From Antedon mediterranea (taxonomy: Eukaryota; Animalia; Echinodermata): a stretch of 64,000 nucleotides of DNA. The notes beneath the pieces were generated by a model that worked only from the letters and a program-made list of their open reading frames with translations, was not told the DNA's origin and ran no database searches. The DNA is taken from the NCBI RefSeq assembly GCF_964355755.1, contig NC_092674.1:25668001-25732000 (forward strand). Direction: 5' to 3'. The position numbers and the translations under genes are program-made. Below are positions 36,633 through 49,976 of this stretch, in pieces (within the stretch, counting starts at the first letter, position 1; each line of letters starts with the position of its first letter).

Positions 36633-38399
36633 CTGAAAAAAACAAATTAATAATTGTTCATACATCTTTTATAATGCAGTTTTTATACGAAAATGATGAG
36701 AATATACTAAATTGTATTCTAACCTCTCATGTAGTGTGTTGCACGTACTGTGTTGAGGAAATAAGAGGAATATTACAAACAAAATAAGAATTCCCTACAA
36801 AATAACGATGATGCAAAAATATAGAGATTTGATGAAAATGTTCTATTGTTGGTTTGAATAGAAAAACAGGTGTGTCGGATATCCCTAGATTCACGTGGGA
36901 AAAAAAACAGCTTTGTTTTACTTGAGGCACATTTTTTGATCAATAATAATCATAAAGGTAAATAAATTCTTGGTCAGTAGTTTCCAACTTATTTTGATCG
37001 CTAAAGAATTTTATTTCTCAGTGTCTAAAGTAGGTACAGTGCCATAGTTGGAATTTTTTGTTGGGTAAAAGTATTCCAGTAATAGGGATTCTAAAGCGTG
37101 GTTCCCACTAGCGACACAATGCAAGAAGAACAAAGTATGAAAATGCTGTCTAATAATTGTGAGTCCTCGTCTGCGTGAAATTAAACCTGTTTTGTTGCCA
37201 CCATGTTCACCTCGCTTATTTGTCTACGTGCGGTACTACTGTATGTTTCTCTTGTGCGTTTGCCTTTAACGTTGTTGCATGAAATCAAACTGACTTGATT
37301 TCTTCCCGAAGCGACGTCGGTTCCCACTTGATTATGCAATACAGCATTTTGCGTTGTGATGTCACTGCATCACAGTGGAAACCACGCTAACTGTGTATTT
37401 GTATTGGAAACGGCAACAAAAAACATTACATTGATCGCAGCTTATGTACTATAAATTATATTGCATTGCAGCTATAATACAATAGTTTAGTTCAATTCAT
37501 AATAATCCACAGGCTATATGATATAAATAATATATCCATATTAATTTTCCTAAACAATTACAATGAAAAAGTACTATCACAATCATAAAAAAACTACCTG
37601 AAAATGTCGCAACACAAATAATCAATTGAGTAGGTTGATAGAAACTAGGACATGCGTTTCATTATGAACCAGCGGCAAACTTGTCTACGTTCCCAATAAA
37701 AGTTCCAACGCACAAATTGCTTCAAATTTATGTAATGAATATTTCGCTTGTAGCAATATTGTGGTTTTATGGGTAATATCTGTTGATCGTGTTCTCGTAA
37801 TTATAATCAGGTATTTGAAAATCTAGATCAATGATAATGAGATACAACTTGTTTGTTTCCCTACAGACGAGAATGAATATTGAACGAAACATATTTAAAT
37901 TGCTCTCGTTTTCACGCAAGCATTATGTAAACAACAAAAATGTGAATATTTATATCAAGTAACTATGGCAACCTCACTAACAAGTACAATGAATATGTTA
38001 CATAAAAATGCAAATTAAAATTTCATACAAATTGCATGGATTAAAATTCCTCTACAGAGTTTGGGTTTGAATATAATCCAGTCCTGCTAAATCAGGCTTG
38101 TCTATTCAGACTCCATGGTAAATTTGAATAAAGTTTTACAATGCAACTGAAATATTTGAGTTTAAGTGCATCGTCCAGCTATTCAAAGTAAGCTTAAAGA
38201 TTTTTAAATATTTTATTTTACACTTAAGCGAAAACAAAATTATTTACCTGAAAAAATGTAATTTAAAGCAAAAAATACTGTCAGACAATGTTTGGTTAAA
38301 ATTAACAGTATTTTTATTTAATAGTTAAAAAATGTATTTTTTTTGTTTTTTTTCTACAGAAATGAACAATGTTAATTTATTATTATTTTCCATAAAAAA

Positions 38400-38705
38400 C
38401 AAAGCAGACAAAATCAGGAAATAAAATATGAGATAAATTGCAAAATGGAAAAAAGTCATGGTAGGCTCTGATCTTTTGATTATGTGGGTTCGTAGAGGGC
38501 CTAATTATCAAAATGGACAAGCAGGACTAAGGTTTGGCAACCAAAAGATGGAGGAAAAGAATCTAACCCAGAATAAGATGGAGAGATGACCTGAGGGAAT
38601 ATAAAAACAACTGGTTGTTTTACAATTAGCAAAAAAGAGAAGTAAATGGAGAGCTTTGCAGGAGGGATGTGTCCTACAGTGGACTGACAAATCCTGAAGA
38701 AGAAA
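38400..38705 (+). mobile_element. Decayed 3' end of an RTE-clade LINE
   Basis: Frameshifted translation KWTSRTKVWQPKDG / PRIRWRDDLREY / LAKKRSKWRALQEGCVLQWT* resembles the C-terminus of RTE ORFs. Confidence 0.65.
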
Positions 38706-39203
38706 CATTATACATTTTTAACCCGGAGCTACCATTTAAGTGAGAGGTTTCAACTATGTATCATCCATTCCCAGTATGGTAACATGGGCTTCAGTTCAAT
38801 TCAATGTAATAAAAACTTCAACAAGGGTAAATCCAGCAGGTGAAATTTACATCTTTTATAATGATGATGTCCATCTATCTCGAAATCCTGGATTCTTCAC
38901 CGACAATTACATTAATAATTATCATTCTCAAGATTCAATGTAATATGACACTTTGTTGAAAGAATAAATGAACAAATTTAGTTTTAATTTGATATGTTTA
39001 TGGCTGATTTAGTGAAAATCAATAATAATTAATTTTAATTTTAAACCATTACTCATAGAGAAATTCAATCGTCATAATTCCTGTCTGCTTTTATATTGAT
39101 CCTTATAGTAGCTTGCAAGAATATGTCTAATTCACACACACACAAAAAAAATGTATGAAAAATGTATGTAACGTATGACGTTTTATCAGATGATTATTAT
39201 TAA

Positions 39204-39544
39204 AGATGATTTTCCCTGGTAAAAAATTGTTTAAACACTTTAATAACATAATAGTTATTCACTTTGACCAAAATTGGATTAAAAAAAATATATGAAAAAA
39301 ATCTGTAAATTAAAGAAAGAATAGTAAAATTGTCTGTCAAACCAAAGAAGACTAAAATTCTCTGGACATACTGTACAGTGAGTGTTTGTTTAAATTTAAC
39401 TGTTTCTTTTCTCATTTTATAAGTGAAATCGTTATTTTTGGATTTTTTTTTCAATGGAGGTAAACAATTTAATACTAAAACTACAAAGTGGCCTATTTAG
39501 ACTCCGATTTTTATTAATTAATTTTTTATGTTTTTGGGGGATCT
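39204..39544. mobile_element. Kolobok-like MITE family 2 (diverged)
   Basis: TTAA|AGAT...ATCT|TTAA; internal similarity to 45118-45446. Confidence 0.65.
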
Positions 39545-40461
39545 TTAATTTGAGGAGAGGGATAATGTAAATAATAGTCTATATTGCCGTTTCTTCAAAG
39601 TTATTCACATAAAGTTATTTTAAAGGTCTTTTACTCAGCCTAAACTTTAAAATCTATTCAGGGGACATCCCTATTATGGGGACACTTTGTTGGGTCCTAA
39701 AGATATCCAATATGAGGATTCCTACTGTATTATTAATCCTTATATAATGGATTACTACTTTTATGGATGTTTGGATGTATCATGAGCTATTTTTAATAAG
39801 ATTTGCCTGATAGCGGTTTATCATTAATAGAGAAATAACTGCGTGTAAATTGCACTTCCATGGCAACACACCGTTTAACGTCCCTTCTTACTATCATTCC
39901 TAAGTATGATGAACAAGGGTAAATTACTTACATCTAATCAATATGAAATATTCAGTTATTATTAATATCAAATTATGTAAGAATGGAAGGGAATTTCATT
40001 GCTGTAGGTTTTTAATACGCACACTGTAAATACAATGCTGTTTAACATAGGCGGCAAAATAACTCCAATATCAGATGCAAGATTTTTAATAGGGAAGGGG
40101 GAGGATGGGCTCTCCTAGATCTGCCTGCTTTTCTTATTAAAAAATTATGCACTGTGCAGACAAGCCTATTACGTGGCCATTACTTCTTTTTCCCGTGCTT
40201 TATCTTCCTAGGAAAACAACATTTTGTTAATTGCACTTACATTACTATATTTATTGGTAGCGCTTTGAAGTAATTCACATGAATGAGAGCTATGCAAACA
40301 AAAAACCATTAATGTAATTCAATTTATTGTTAATTATATTTGTTCAAGTTTGTTTTCTTAAATTCTTGCACTATACAAATTGCAAATTATCAATGTAATT
40401 GCACTGATTTTGCAGGATTATTATTCATAATAATTCAAAGGCTTCAAGTCAGTAAATTACA

Positions 40462-40750
40462 TTATTAATAATAATATCCTGGATTTATATAGCGTGGAAC
40501 ATTATTACCCCAGTCATTTTTTTCCTGATCAAACACGTATGGAAACATACTCTCATAATGCAGCTAGTAATCAGCGCAAAGCTGTGTCTTGATCTAACCG
40601 GGTTCCCATTTATACACCTGGGTGGAGAGAGGCAAACGTAAGTAAAGTGTCTTGCCTATAAGGATACAAGCAATGTGGCAAGAGTTAGATTGGAAACTCT
40701 ATTTCACGATCAGTAGTTGAACATCCAACACACGTCTGCGCCAAATGCCC
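40462..40750 (-). mobile_element. tRNA-derived SINE family A
   Basis: Reverse-complement match to 54989-55297 including the (TTA)n tail. Confidence 0.85.
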
Positions 40751-41166
40751 AAATTCACATTTGATATTTATAATCCTATTATTACTACTATCAGTATGAC
40801 GTACAAAAAATATACTATAGATGCATGGAGTTCGTGGTTAAGCAGCGCAGAAACTGATTCCTTGGTTCAAATCATATATTAGTCCACTCGCAATCGCAAC
40901 AGAATTCACAACATGCACATGCTTGAAGTATTGAATCTTTTTTTGCTATGTTGAAAAAAGTGGCGTGTTATTGAAGAGGGGTGGAGGTTGGCGAGTATAG
41001 GTATACAGTTATGTACTGAGAAGGCTTTAAACTAATGTTGAAACCCGCCCTGGCTAGTTCTTTATATATAAACACCAGGTCTAGTCCTCACTTTCTAATT
41101 GCATGCACAATTTGTGCAATTCACATTTCTTTTTAAAGTTTAAACATAATTCTATTACATCCCTCA

Positions 41167-41521
41167 AATCTAAGCTGTAAAAAGAGAATGAATTTAAAAA
41201 CAAAAAATCATTAATTTTTTTTCCATTAACACATAGTATTATTTCAATATGTTTCTGTATTTTAGGCTTTGTATAACATTTTAACAAATCTAAGCTGTAA
41301 AAAGAGAATCAATTTAAAAACAAAATATCTTTAATTTTTTTTCCATTAACACATAGTATTATTTCAATATGTTTCTGTATGTTAGGCTTTGTATAATTTT
41401 AACAAATCAAAGCTGTAAAAAGAGAATGAATTTAAAAACAAAATATCATTAATTTTTTTTTCCATTAACGCATAGTATTATTTCAATATGTTTCTGTATG
41501 TTAGGCTTTGGATAACATTTT
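41167..41521. repeat. ~120-bp tandem repeat, 3 copies
   Basis: aaatctaagctgtaaaaagagaatg...ttaggctttgtataacatttt occurs three times. Confidence 0.95.
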
Positions 41522-42872
41522 ACGTAATGATCATATCGTACGACTTTTCCGTGATCATATATTTCACCGTAAAATAAAATCCTTCTAAATTATAATTTTT
41601 TTATGACCATATTATATTTTCCATTTTATGTAAGGGTTTGTTGATATATTAATTGCTTTAAATAAATAATATATTCGAAATTGCATGGGATTATTGAACA
41701 CTTTTGTAGAGTATGCCATAAACCATCAGAAAAATATAATCGTTAAATATATTCGTTCAATATTTTTCTTAATAACACTGTAACATGCCTTATAAAATGT
41801 TGCCAACTGGCAAACACAGCGCCAAAATGTTTTATTCTATGATGGTTTGTAGATCTACTGCAATAGTATAACTGTACATTGTTTCTACTGTACACTCAGT
41901 AAAATAGACAGTTAGAAATCCTCCTTTGAGATACTCCTATTCAGGGGATAAACTTACAATACATGTTTCAATGCAACAAACAAGACTAGAGGAAACATAG
42001 GAATAAGCTATCTTTAACCCCTATGTAGGAAATCATTGGTCCACAACTCTATTCATGTTTCCAACTCAACATTTCAAAGATAGTTTGCTTACTTGTTTAC
42101 TACTATATATAGTTTTAATGCAATGTATTGATATTTTTAATGTTTTATATATTGTATGTGTTTTTAAGCATTTAAGGAAAACCAATTTCATGTTCGCCTG
42201 GTTGTGTTCATGACAATAACGATTTATCGTATCTTATCTTATCTTATTCAGGGAAAAACCCTACAATAAAAAATACACGTTCCAGTGAAACGAGAACAAG
42301 AAGAAACATATTGAATAAATGAATAAAATATCAGGGGACCTTAAAAAGAGGACACTTTATTGCGTCCCTAAGTTTTCCATTTAATAGGGTTCTGCAGTAT
42401 AACTATAAGTATGTTTTTTTAAATCAATTTGAACATGCTCACTGTTTAATACATTAGCCCCATCGTATGAAAAATTAAACAAGCCTTTTTGTGATAAAGC
42501 TGTTACAAAATTGATTCTTCGGATTATTTTGCAGATCAAATTTGTTCCTATTTTATATTATAATTTATATACACTTTTCAGAGCATGTTGCTGTACTATA
42601 TAACTTAACCCATGAACAGCTTAATTTGACAAAACGTTAGCTCTTAAAAATTGTCAAGCAGATTTGTTTATTAAAGTGCTCACATACAAAATTGAAGTAT
42701 ATCTTTAAGGAGATTAAAATGTTGAAATGTCCCCTTTTACCAGCTTATCCTGTCTTTTCACATTAATATATTATGTTTTTAAAACCTTTATTCACAAAGT
42801 TCAAAGCATCTTTCTTGTTTGAGCCCATAAACGTAACACATTTGCATATACAGTACTGCATTACTTTTATAC

Positions 42873-42930
42873 CTTAAGGGTGTCTGCTGTACTGGCAGTG
42901 TTATGATAGCTTCTGTAACTACCCCAATTT
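42873..42930 (-). CDS. Candidate upstream PDE2 exon (58 nt)
   Basis: tttcag|A AAT TGG...CTT AAG|gtataa; open frame NWGSYRSYHNTASTADTLK, phase 2 to 0, compatible with the exon at 36632. No homology support. Confidence 0.35.
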
Positions 42931-43518
42931 CTGAAATTAGCTATAACTGCGCAATTAGGAATATTTGCATGCATACTGTACAAGTTGTTAAATCTATATT
43001 CACAAAGTTCAAAGCATCTTTCATGTTTGAGCCGATAAATGTGCTACAGTACCACTGTTGTGATAGCTTCTTTTACTACCCCAATTTCTAAAATTAGCGA
43101 TAACTGTGAAAGTAGGATGTTTGCATGCATACTGAGTTTTTACAATCCATGCTTAATAATATTAGTCTATAGTGCTGCGAAATCATAATATAAAAAAACT
43201 GTCTCTCTACTCCTGCGATAAGGACTAAATATGTACAAATGCACCTGTTATACTTTCATTGCTCTTACCATCAATTGTTAATTCAAAAGAAAGATTGAGT
43301 AGTCTAGAGCTCAGATCAAAAACCTTCTATCTACGCCTGTGATAAGGACTAAAATATTGCACTAATGCACCCGTATTTTCATTTATCATGTTTCAATCAA
43401 CATTTTTATTGTTAAAAAAATGTTATTGCTAAAGTAGGATTGAGTAGGTAGTCTAGTGCTCAGATCAAAAACCTTCTATCTACACCTATGATAAAGAATA
43501 CATTAATGTACCCATATT

Positions 43519-44988
43519 TAGGTTATATGCATGATATGCATATAACCTCTTGATTCTGTCAAAATCTTTATTTATTTATTTATTCTTTCCTTAGCACTAT
43601 TTTGTCCGTGCATTATCTTGGCATCAGTTTAATCTAGCTAAGTCAAGTTTTCAGAGTATATTCCTCATGGCCAGGAATCGATGTGGTTATATTTTCACAA
43701 TGCGTAATCAAAAATTACGCGGTCTACACGCGATTTTACGAAATCACGTTTGCAATCATATCTTCACAAGCATGAATCACAATTAAACAAAATTTGGTAC
43801 TCATAAATTTCAGGTCATATTTCATCATATGGCAATAAAATTACGTGCGTAGCGCATATAACGCTTGCGTACGCGCGCTTAAAATGTTCAAAATTGTCAA
43901 AATTTATTTTCGATGAAATTAGAGTACGTTTCAGGCAATTTTAAGCGTTTAAAAAATTGCCATGAGTGCGCCGATTTTTGCACGCGCACTGCGCGTTAAA
44001 CGTTAATGCGCACTCTTTTTGCCCGATTTCTGTTTTACAATCTTTCTTTAATAATATCATCATATTTGATTCACGTTTCAACTCGAAATTGCGTTATACG
44101 AGCACGTCAAAAGTGACTGGCTACGCACGTATAAGTTAACAAAATGGTGAAAATATGCTAAATTTTAAAATTAATATATATCGTCAGAATGCAGGGGAAC
44201 ACCTATTTTTTATTTCATTTTCTTGAAGTGTATGTATCATATGTATGATTTATTATCAAATAAAGAGAACAAAAGTTGATTAAGTCATCATTAATTGCAT
44301 ATTAAATTTAAAAAAAATAATTTCGACAATCAAACAAATTATGACATTTTCTTAGGCCAAAATAACAAACTTAACATTAACTTTCTTCCTTCAAAAATTC
44401 ATATATTAAAGTTAAAAGTATGTAGTTTGACAGTGCATCATTTGTATACATTTTAAAGATGTCATCATAGTAAAAAATTATAATTCATTTCGGTATGTAA
44501 TAATCTATTTGCATCAAAGTGGTTACTGCATAGTAAATACACGGAGGAATGTTTCTACAACTTTTAGTCAGTTGTGTACGGCTCTGTGGTCTGTGCTCGT
44601 GTCTATGGCATTCAAGGTACCGAGATTGAGTCTCACCTTGGGAAACGAAATAAGATTTTTTTTTTATTATCCGTATTGTGTGTTCAAATTTATCTCTTAG
44701 TGTATAGATTATACACATGATTTATAATGAAATCTAGATAAAAATTAACTTATGTCTTTATTATTATGTAACAACAAATGTGGTTTATGACATTATACGC
44801 ATATGGATCTTTGATCGGATTGTGATACCGGCTATGGTGTTCGCGTTAGCAAGGTCCTATCATATATTATAAATAATTAAAGATTCTGAGAAAATCAATC
44901 AATCAATATATCTTTTAAAAATCAATTATCTTTATTTAAATCAATGCATATAACCTATAATTCGTCATAGTGACGAATTAAATCTAGT
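43519..44988 (+). mobile_element. Helentron-derived non-autonomous element (HINE/DINE-like)
   Basis: 5' aggttatatgcat plus an adjacent inverted copy, then a (TATT)n microsatellite. The 3' end has subTIR atgcatataacct, hairpin taattcgtca-tag-tgacgaatta and terminal CTAGT. Inserted in a T run with no TSD. Confidence 0.8.
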
Positions 44989-45117
44989 TTCATTTAGCAT
45001 TTTCCATTCAAAAGTTTGTTGCTACAAATAGGTTAATGCAAAGTAAGTCTAGTGCTGTATATTCATATCAAAAATTGTATATCTACCCCTGCGATAAGAA
45101 CTAAAAAATACACTTAA

Positions 45118-45446
45118 AGATTGTTCCCCTAACAAAATTTTTTTTTTTTAATATGCCATTTTAATGTCACATAATGGTTATCCACTTTGACCAAAAATTG
45201 GATCAAAACAAATTAGTTACCTGAAAAAACTGTAATTTAAAGCAAAAAATCGTCAAAATGGCTGCCAGCCAATGGATTTTTGGTTGAATTTTGAATAGGT
45301 TATTTTGTTGTTTTAAGTGAAAACATTATGGCTTTCATTTTTTTTTTCTACAGAAGTGATTAACTTTATTAAAACTACAAAATAACCTATTCAAATTTTG
45401 ATTTAATTAATCTTCAATTTTCATGTTTTTGGGGGACAATACATCT
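45118..45446. mobile_element. Kolobok-like MITE family 2
   Basis: TTAA-flanked; reverse orientation of 22568-22904. Confidence 0.82.
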
Positions 45447-46089
45447 TTAATGTACCCATACTTTCATTAGCATTTCCATTCATCCTTTTATTGCCACAGT
45501 TGTGCAATGCCCAGGTATGCATTAAGATTGAGTAGAGTTACTTAAGTCTCAGTATGTAAGATTATTATCAGATATTAAAGGGCATGTCCTTTTATGGTTT
45601 CTATAGTAATCACAACATAAACAGCTTAAAATCTTTAAATCGAACCACTACATAAACAGCTCTGACTTTGAAGTAAATTACAAGTGAGATAGTATAGTGC
45701 AAGTACCGAAACCAAAGCTTGTAGGTAGGTTCGGTTACAATTAATGACGGGTTGAAAGTAGTGACTAGAACACCGGGGTTAAACAAACCTCCTATTTTTC
45801 CAAAAAGATGCACTGGGTTCTTTAATGCACTCAATCCAGAAATGTACACTGAAGTACTTTGAACCTTTGCAGATATATATGGCTGTAGTTTGCCTTGCTC
45901 CTGTATTAACCGCTCCTCCACCCAACTTAACTAAAAATATTAATTTATGCAATTCTGGCGGAAGAAAAAAAGGTAATGTTTTTGTTCTGTAACAATAAAG
46001 TATTATGTTGTATCATTCAATTCGCCAAACCAGACTTGAAAACCAAATTTGAATGGTTATTTATTGAAACTGAATAACCTATTCGATCA

Positions 46090-46328
46090 AAGACTGGTAT
46101 CTCAGAGGGTACAGATTAGTGGCTGTGTGTGTACTAGGTCCCTCAACTTGTCTTGAAAGATACTAGGTAAGTCTAGGTTTTTAAAGTGCACATGAGCTAG
46201 ATAGACCTACAGTTTATAGTCCTTATCCGAGAAGACTTGTTCTACCACAAGAACCATGGGGCGAGTGAACCCTTGCCACTGTTATGGCCACGTAATTATG
46301 ATTCCACTGTCTTAACCGACCAGCCATT
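46090..46328 (-). mobile_element. tRNA-derived SINE with a Deu/Nin-domain-like core
   Basis: Minus-strand head tggctggtcggttaag...gggttcactcgcc and core gtcttctcggataaggactataaac; partial head at about 18175-18222. Domain assignment is from memory. Confidence 0.5.
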
Positions 46329-46963
46329 CGCTTGCTCGAAACAATATGGAAGATTGCTGTTTTTTATTTTTCTATTCCTCCTTTTAAAATGTACTGTGAA
46401 TGAAAACATAGGAGAAAAACGTGAAGAGACAGCAAAGGATGTCCAGTAGGTGATAGTTGACTGTAGGAATACACAGCAAACAAGCAAGTGTAAAGAAATA
46501 AAAAAGTAATGTGTTATAGATGCATCTGTAATATAAAATTAGACTAGACAAACACGTGTTTATAGATACATAACATTCACGTTTTACATCCATTTTGTAA
46601 TACCATGGCACAGAAAGTTAACCTTACTCAGAAAACAAAACCTTATAAGATTAAATTTAGCTAATAAATGCAGACACCGTTTTACCACTGAGCTTATATA
46701 CAACCACATTTTATTTATGTGAGGTATTTTAATAAAGTATTAAGTTTATCACATTTTTTTTTAAAGTCTTATCTTACAGACTCCAGACAAGAAACCAAGA
46801 AGACAGAAATAACATATTTTATTAGAAAAACACAGTTAGTTACAGAGAAATGTTAATTTAAAATGTGTACCGTAGATAAAAATACACAGCTTCCATGGAT
46901 GTGCCAATGGGTCCAACTCAATTAAACTAAAATCTATATTGTATAAAGAAATATCATATTTAA

Positions 46964-47265
46964 AAATGTATTGTCCGCCTGAAAAAAATTTGTTTTTACA
47001 TTTTTTTGCTGAATACAGTCTGCCATTTTAATGTCACATAATAGTTATTCACTTTGAAAATTGGATCGGGGAAAAAAATTATTTACCTGATAAAACTGTA
47101 ATTTAAAGCAAAAAATAGACAAATTGCCTACCAGCATATGGGTTTTTGGTTGAATTTAACCGTTTATTTTGTCATTTTATAAGTGAAAAAAAACTACAAA
47201 ATAACCTATTCAAAGTTTGATTTTAATGATCTTAATTTGTCATGTTTTTGGGGGACAATACATCT
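46964..47265. mobile_element. Kolobok-like MITE family 2
   Basis: TTAA|AAATGTATTGTCC...GGGGACAATACATCT|TTAA. Confidence 0.82.
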
Positions 47266-48420
47266 TTAATGTTAAGAAGGTTTCTAAAACAAAGAATGGG
47301 GTTATGGATTTGTAAATTTGTTGTGAGAACATTATGACTTGTGTGTGTGGGAAGCTTCGATGACCTACACCTAGATCGAAAAAAAAAGAAAAATTAGTAG
47401 TCCTGTATGACTTATAAGTTCAAATATCATTAATCACACATAATGGGCAAATAATCTAAAACCAACACCGCGACTACACCGAGACATCAATGATCAATAT
47501 AATCAAAATTAAGCAAACTATGAAAGCCGCTTGAATCGTGACATGCTAAATGTCAGAGAAACCCTAGGGTGGTTGTGTCGGAAGAGAGTAGCAAACCTCC
47601 GTGTTGACAAAGGCTTACAATTGCTTAGGCTTGGGGCTGACAAACAGAATAAAATCTCGCTTTGAAAATCTATCGAAACATTAACCTTAATTGGGCAATA
47701 TTCATTTTGAATGAATAGTAAGGAAGTTGTGAGGTCATTAATATTGCCGCCGACATCTGAAAATATGACAACACTTGAACAGTGTTGTTCACTTGCTTAT
47801 AAAGGGTCAATGTGCTTCTTTAGCAAAATACTCTCATATCTTATAGTAGAACAACAGTCACCCTCCTTTGGTTTGGACATCCCCCTTCACCACACAAACT
47901 ATTCAAGAGGAAAGGGAGGGGGAAGGTTGCACCACTATAAGTAGACCCCGCTATAGTGGATACACACACAATAAATGTAATTAAAACACTCAATTCCGGC
48001 CAAACTCCAAGGGAATACTTACTTTATTGTCCCAACGTGTCGGTCTACTATGATTTGAAAACTTGACAACTTTAATTAAACAAAACTTTAAGTGAACTTA
48101 ATATTTCATGTTGTTCATTTTGCCAAGTCAGCAGGAGCATTAACATATTACCAGCCTCCCCATCCATTGGCTAATAACTCATGTTGTTAAAAACAACAAG
48201 ATTTGGAATTATTAGCAAATTGCATGTTCATTATGGCAAGGTCACAGAGGTCAGTGAGTACATCTCCCTCTCTCTCTCCATTGCATCATTTGAATATGTT
48301 TGACAAATGAATGAGTAATTCAGTAATACTGATTTGAATAAAAGTCATGTAAATCATGGTCATTAATTCCGAATGAATTCAGTATTATATCTCAGCACAA
48401 TACTACCACATACTCCCTAA

Positions 48421-48555
48421 AGCACTGTCTACACTATCAAACTAGTTTGATCAAAAAAAATGTGATTTGCCCAAATATGGTAGTGATATGATATCATCAT
48501 GTCCATATATGGGCACATCACATTGTCACATACAGTTTGATAGTGTAGACAGAGC
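48421..48555. mobile_element. MITE family 1
   Basis: Full TIRs flanked by TAA and TTA. Confidence 0.85.
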
Positions 48556-49121
48556 TTTAGCTAGAATTGAAAATTATAGTACAAATTTTGCAGATTTAAC
48601 ATAGCATTAATGTATAAGGAACTTTGCACGTTATTAGGTGCTTTGCAATAGATACTGCACTTGCAATTAAAAGCAAATTAAACCAAAGGAAAGATTTCAC
48701 CCTGAATTATTAAGACTTGATATATGAGCTATTAACTAATTAGTAAGTAATAAGATTAACTGAATAAGAAATATAGCAATGGAGTTAATTGCCTTCACAA
48801 AGCAGATTAAATGTTACAATTACCATTTACTATAATCTATCTCTTTTCCTCTGAACATAAAATTATAAATTGAGTACAGTATAACCTCTGTTAAGGAGAC
48901 ACTTTCGAGACCAAACAGTTTTTAATTTAGGGTGTCCACTGAATAGAGCCATGTTAAAATATAACATTACCCTTTTTTTAGTTTCACATGAATACTGTAC
49001 AGTATGTCCTTTGTTCATTTTATAAGGAAAAGGTCCCACAATAGAGGTTTCCTCTAAATAGGGGTGTCGCAAAGAAGAAGATCTAGTGCATCCAAATACA
49101 GTATAAATTTACAGTACGTAA

Positions 49122-49381
49122 AGCCTGGTTTCCATAAAATCGCTACACAACATAGTGTAGCGATTGTATGGAAACGCTAGAATTTATCGGGGATCTAGTA
49201 CGCGAGCGCTAAATATTCTTTGGTACGCGTATACGATTCATCGCCGACACAATCGGCAAACTTGAACATGGTTGAACTTTGCCGATTTGACTCCGATGAA
49301 TCAAATCGATTGCATCGGCGACATCTGCGCGTGTAGCGATTTTAATGGAAACGATGTAGCGATTTTAATGAAAACCAGGCT
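49122..49381. mobile_element. Harbinger-like MITE
   Basis: TAA|AGCCTGGTTTCCAT-AAAATCGCTACA...TGTAGCGATTTTAATGAAAACCAGGCT|TTA. Confidence 0.8.
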
Positions 49382-49976
49382 TTAGGGCAAAATTCTGTAA
49401 ATCGAGCGTTACTTCTAGAATTTTCACTCGATGGTACAGTATATAAAGTTGAGTTCATACTTTCTGTACTTATTTTAACCCCCTATACTAAGTTGAGTTA
49501 GATAATTAGTTATTGACGATTAAAACAAATTTAGGTTAAAAATGGTTCCTCTTTGCACCCACCCTCTTCCATCCCTCAACCCTAATGTTACAATACAAAA
49601 CAAAAATTGGGTTTGTTTAAATTTGACTCAAGTAATTCCCAGGGTGCTAATTTTTTAGTAAATCCCATTTATTATGTACATTTGAAATCGGCAGTTTTTT
49701 TACGCTAAATTACTGTGTATTCGAGAACCATCTGTGGGCAAGACCTAGACGGGCGAAGTGAGCGTACCATCTAGTATTTTTAATTATCAATCATGATCAC
49801 ACTATTTTACATCCTGTAATTTGAATCCTGACACATTTAAAGCATCTTCTACTGAAGAATGAAGTAATTGCTGCACATTTTGTTGAACCATGTATAGTAT
49901 TTTAAGTTTATCAAACTATAGATTGAAAAAAAAAAGTGTGAAGCTGTGTCAAAATATGCATGGCAGTAATAATTAA

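Noticed and set aside
37590-37700. Donor-like cag|gtagtt about 1 kb upstream of the first confident PDE2 exon
   Set aside because: There is an in-frame stop shortly upstream and no other support; at most a non-coding alternative exon
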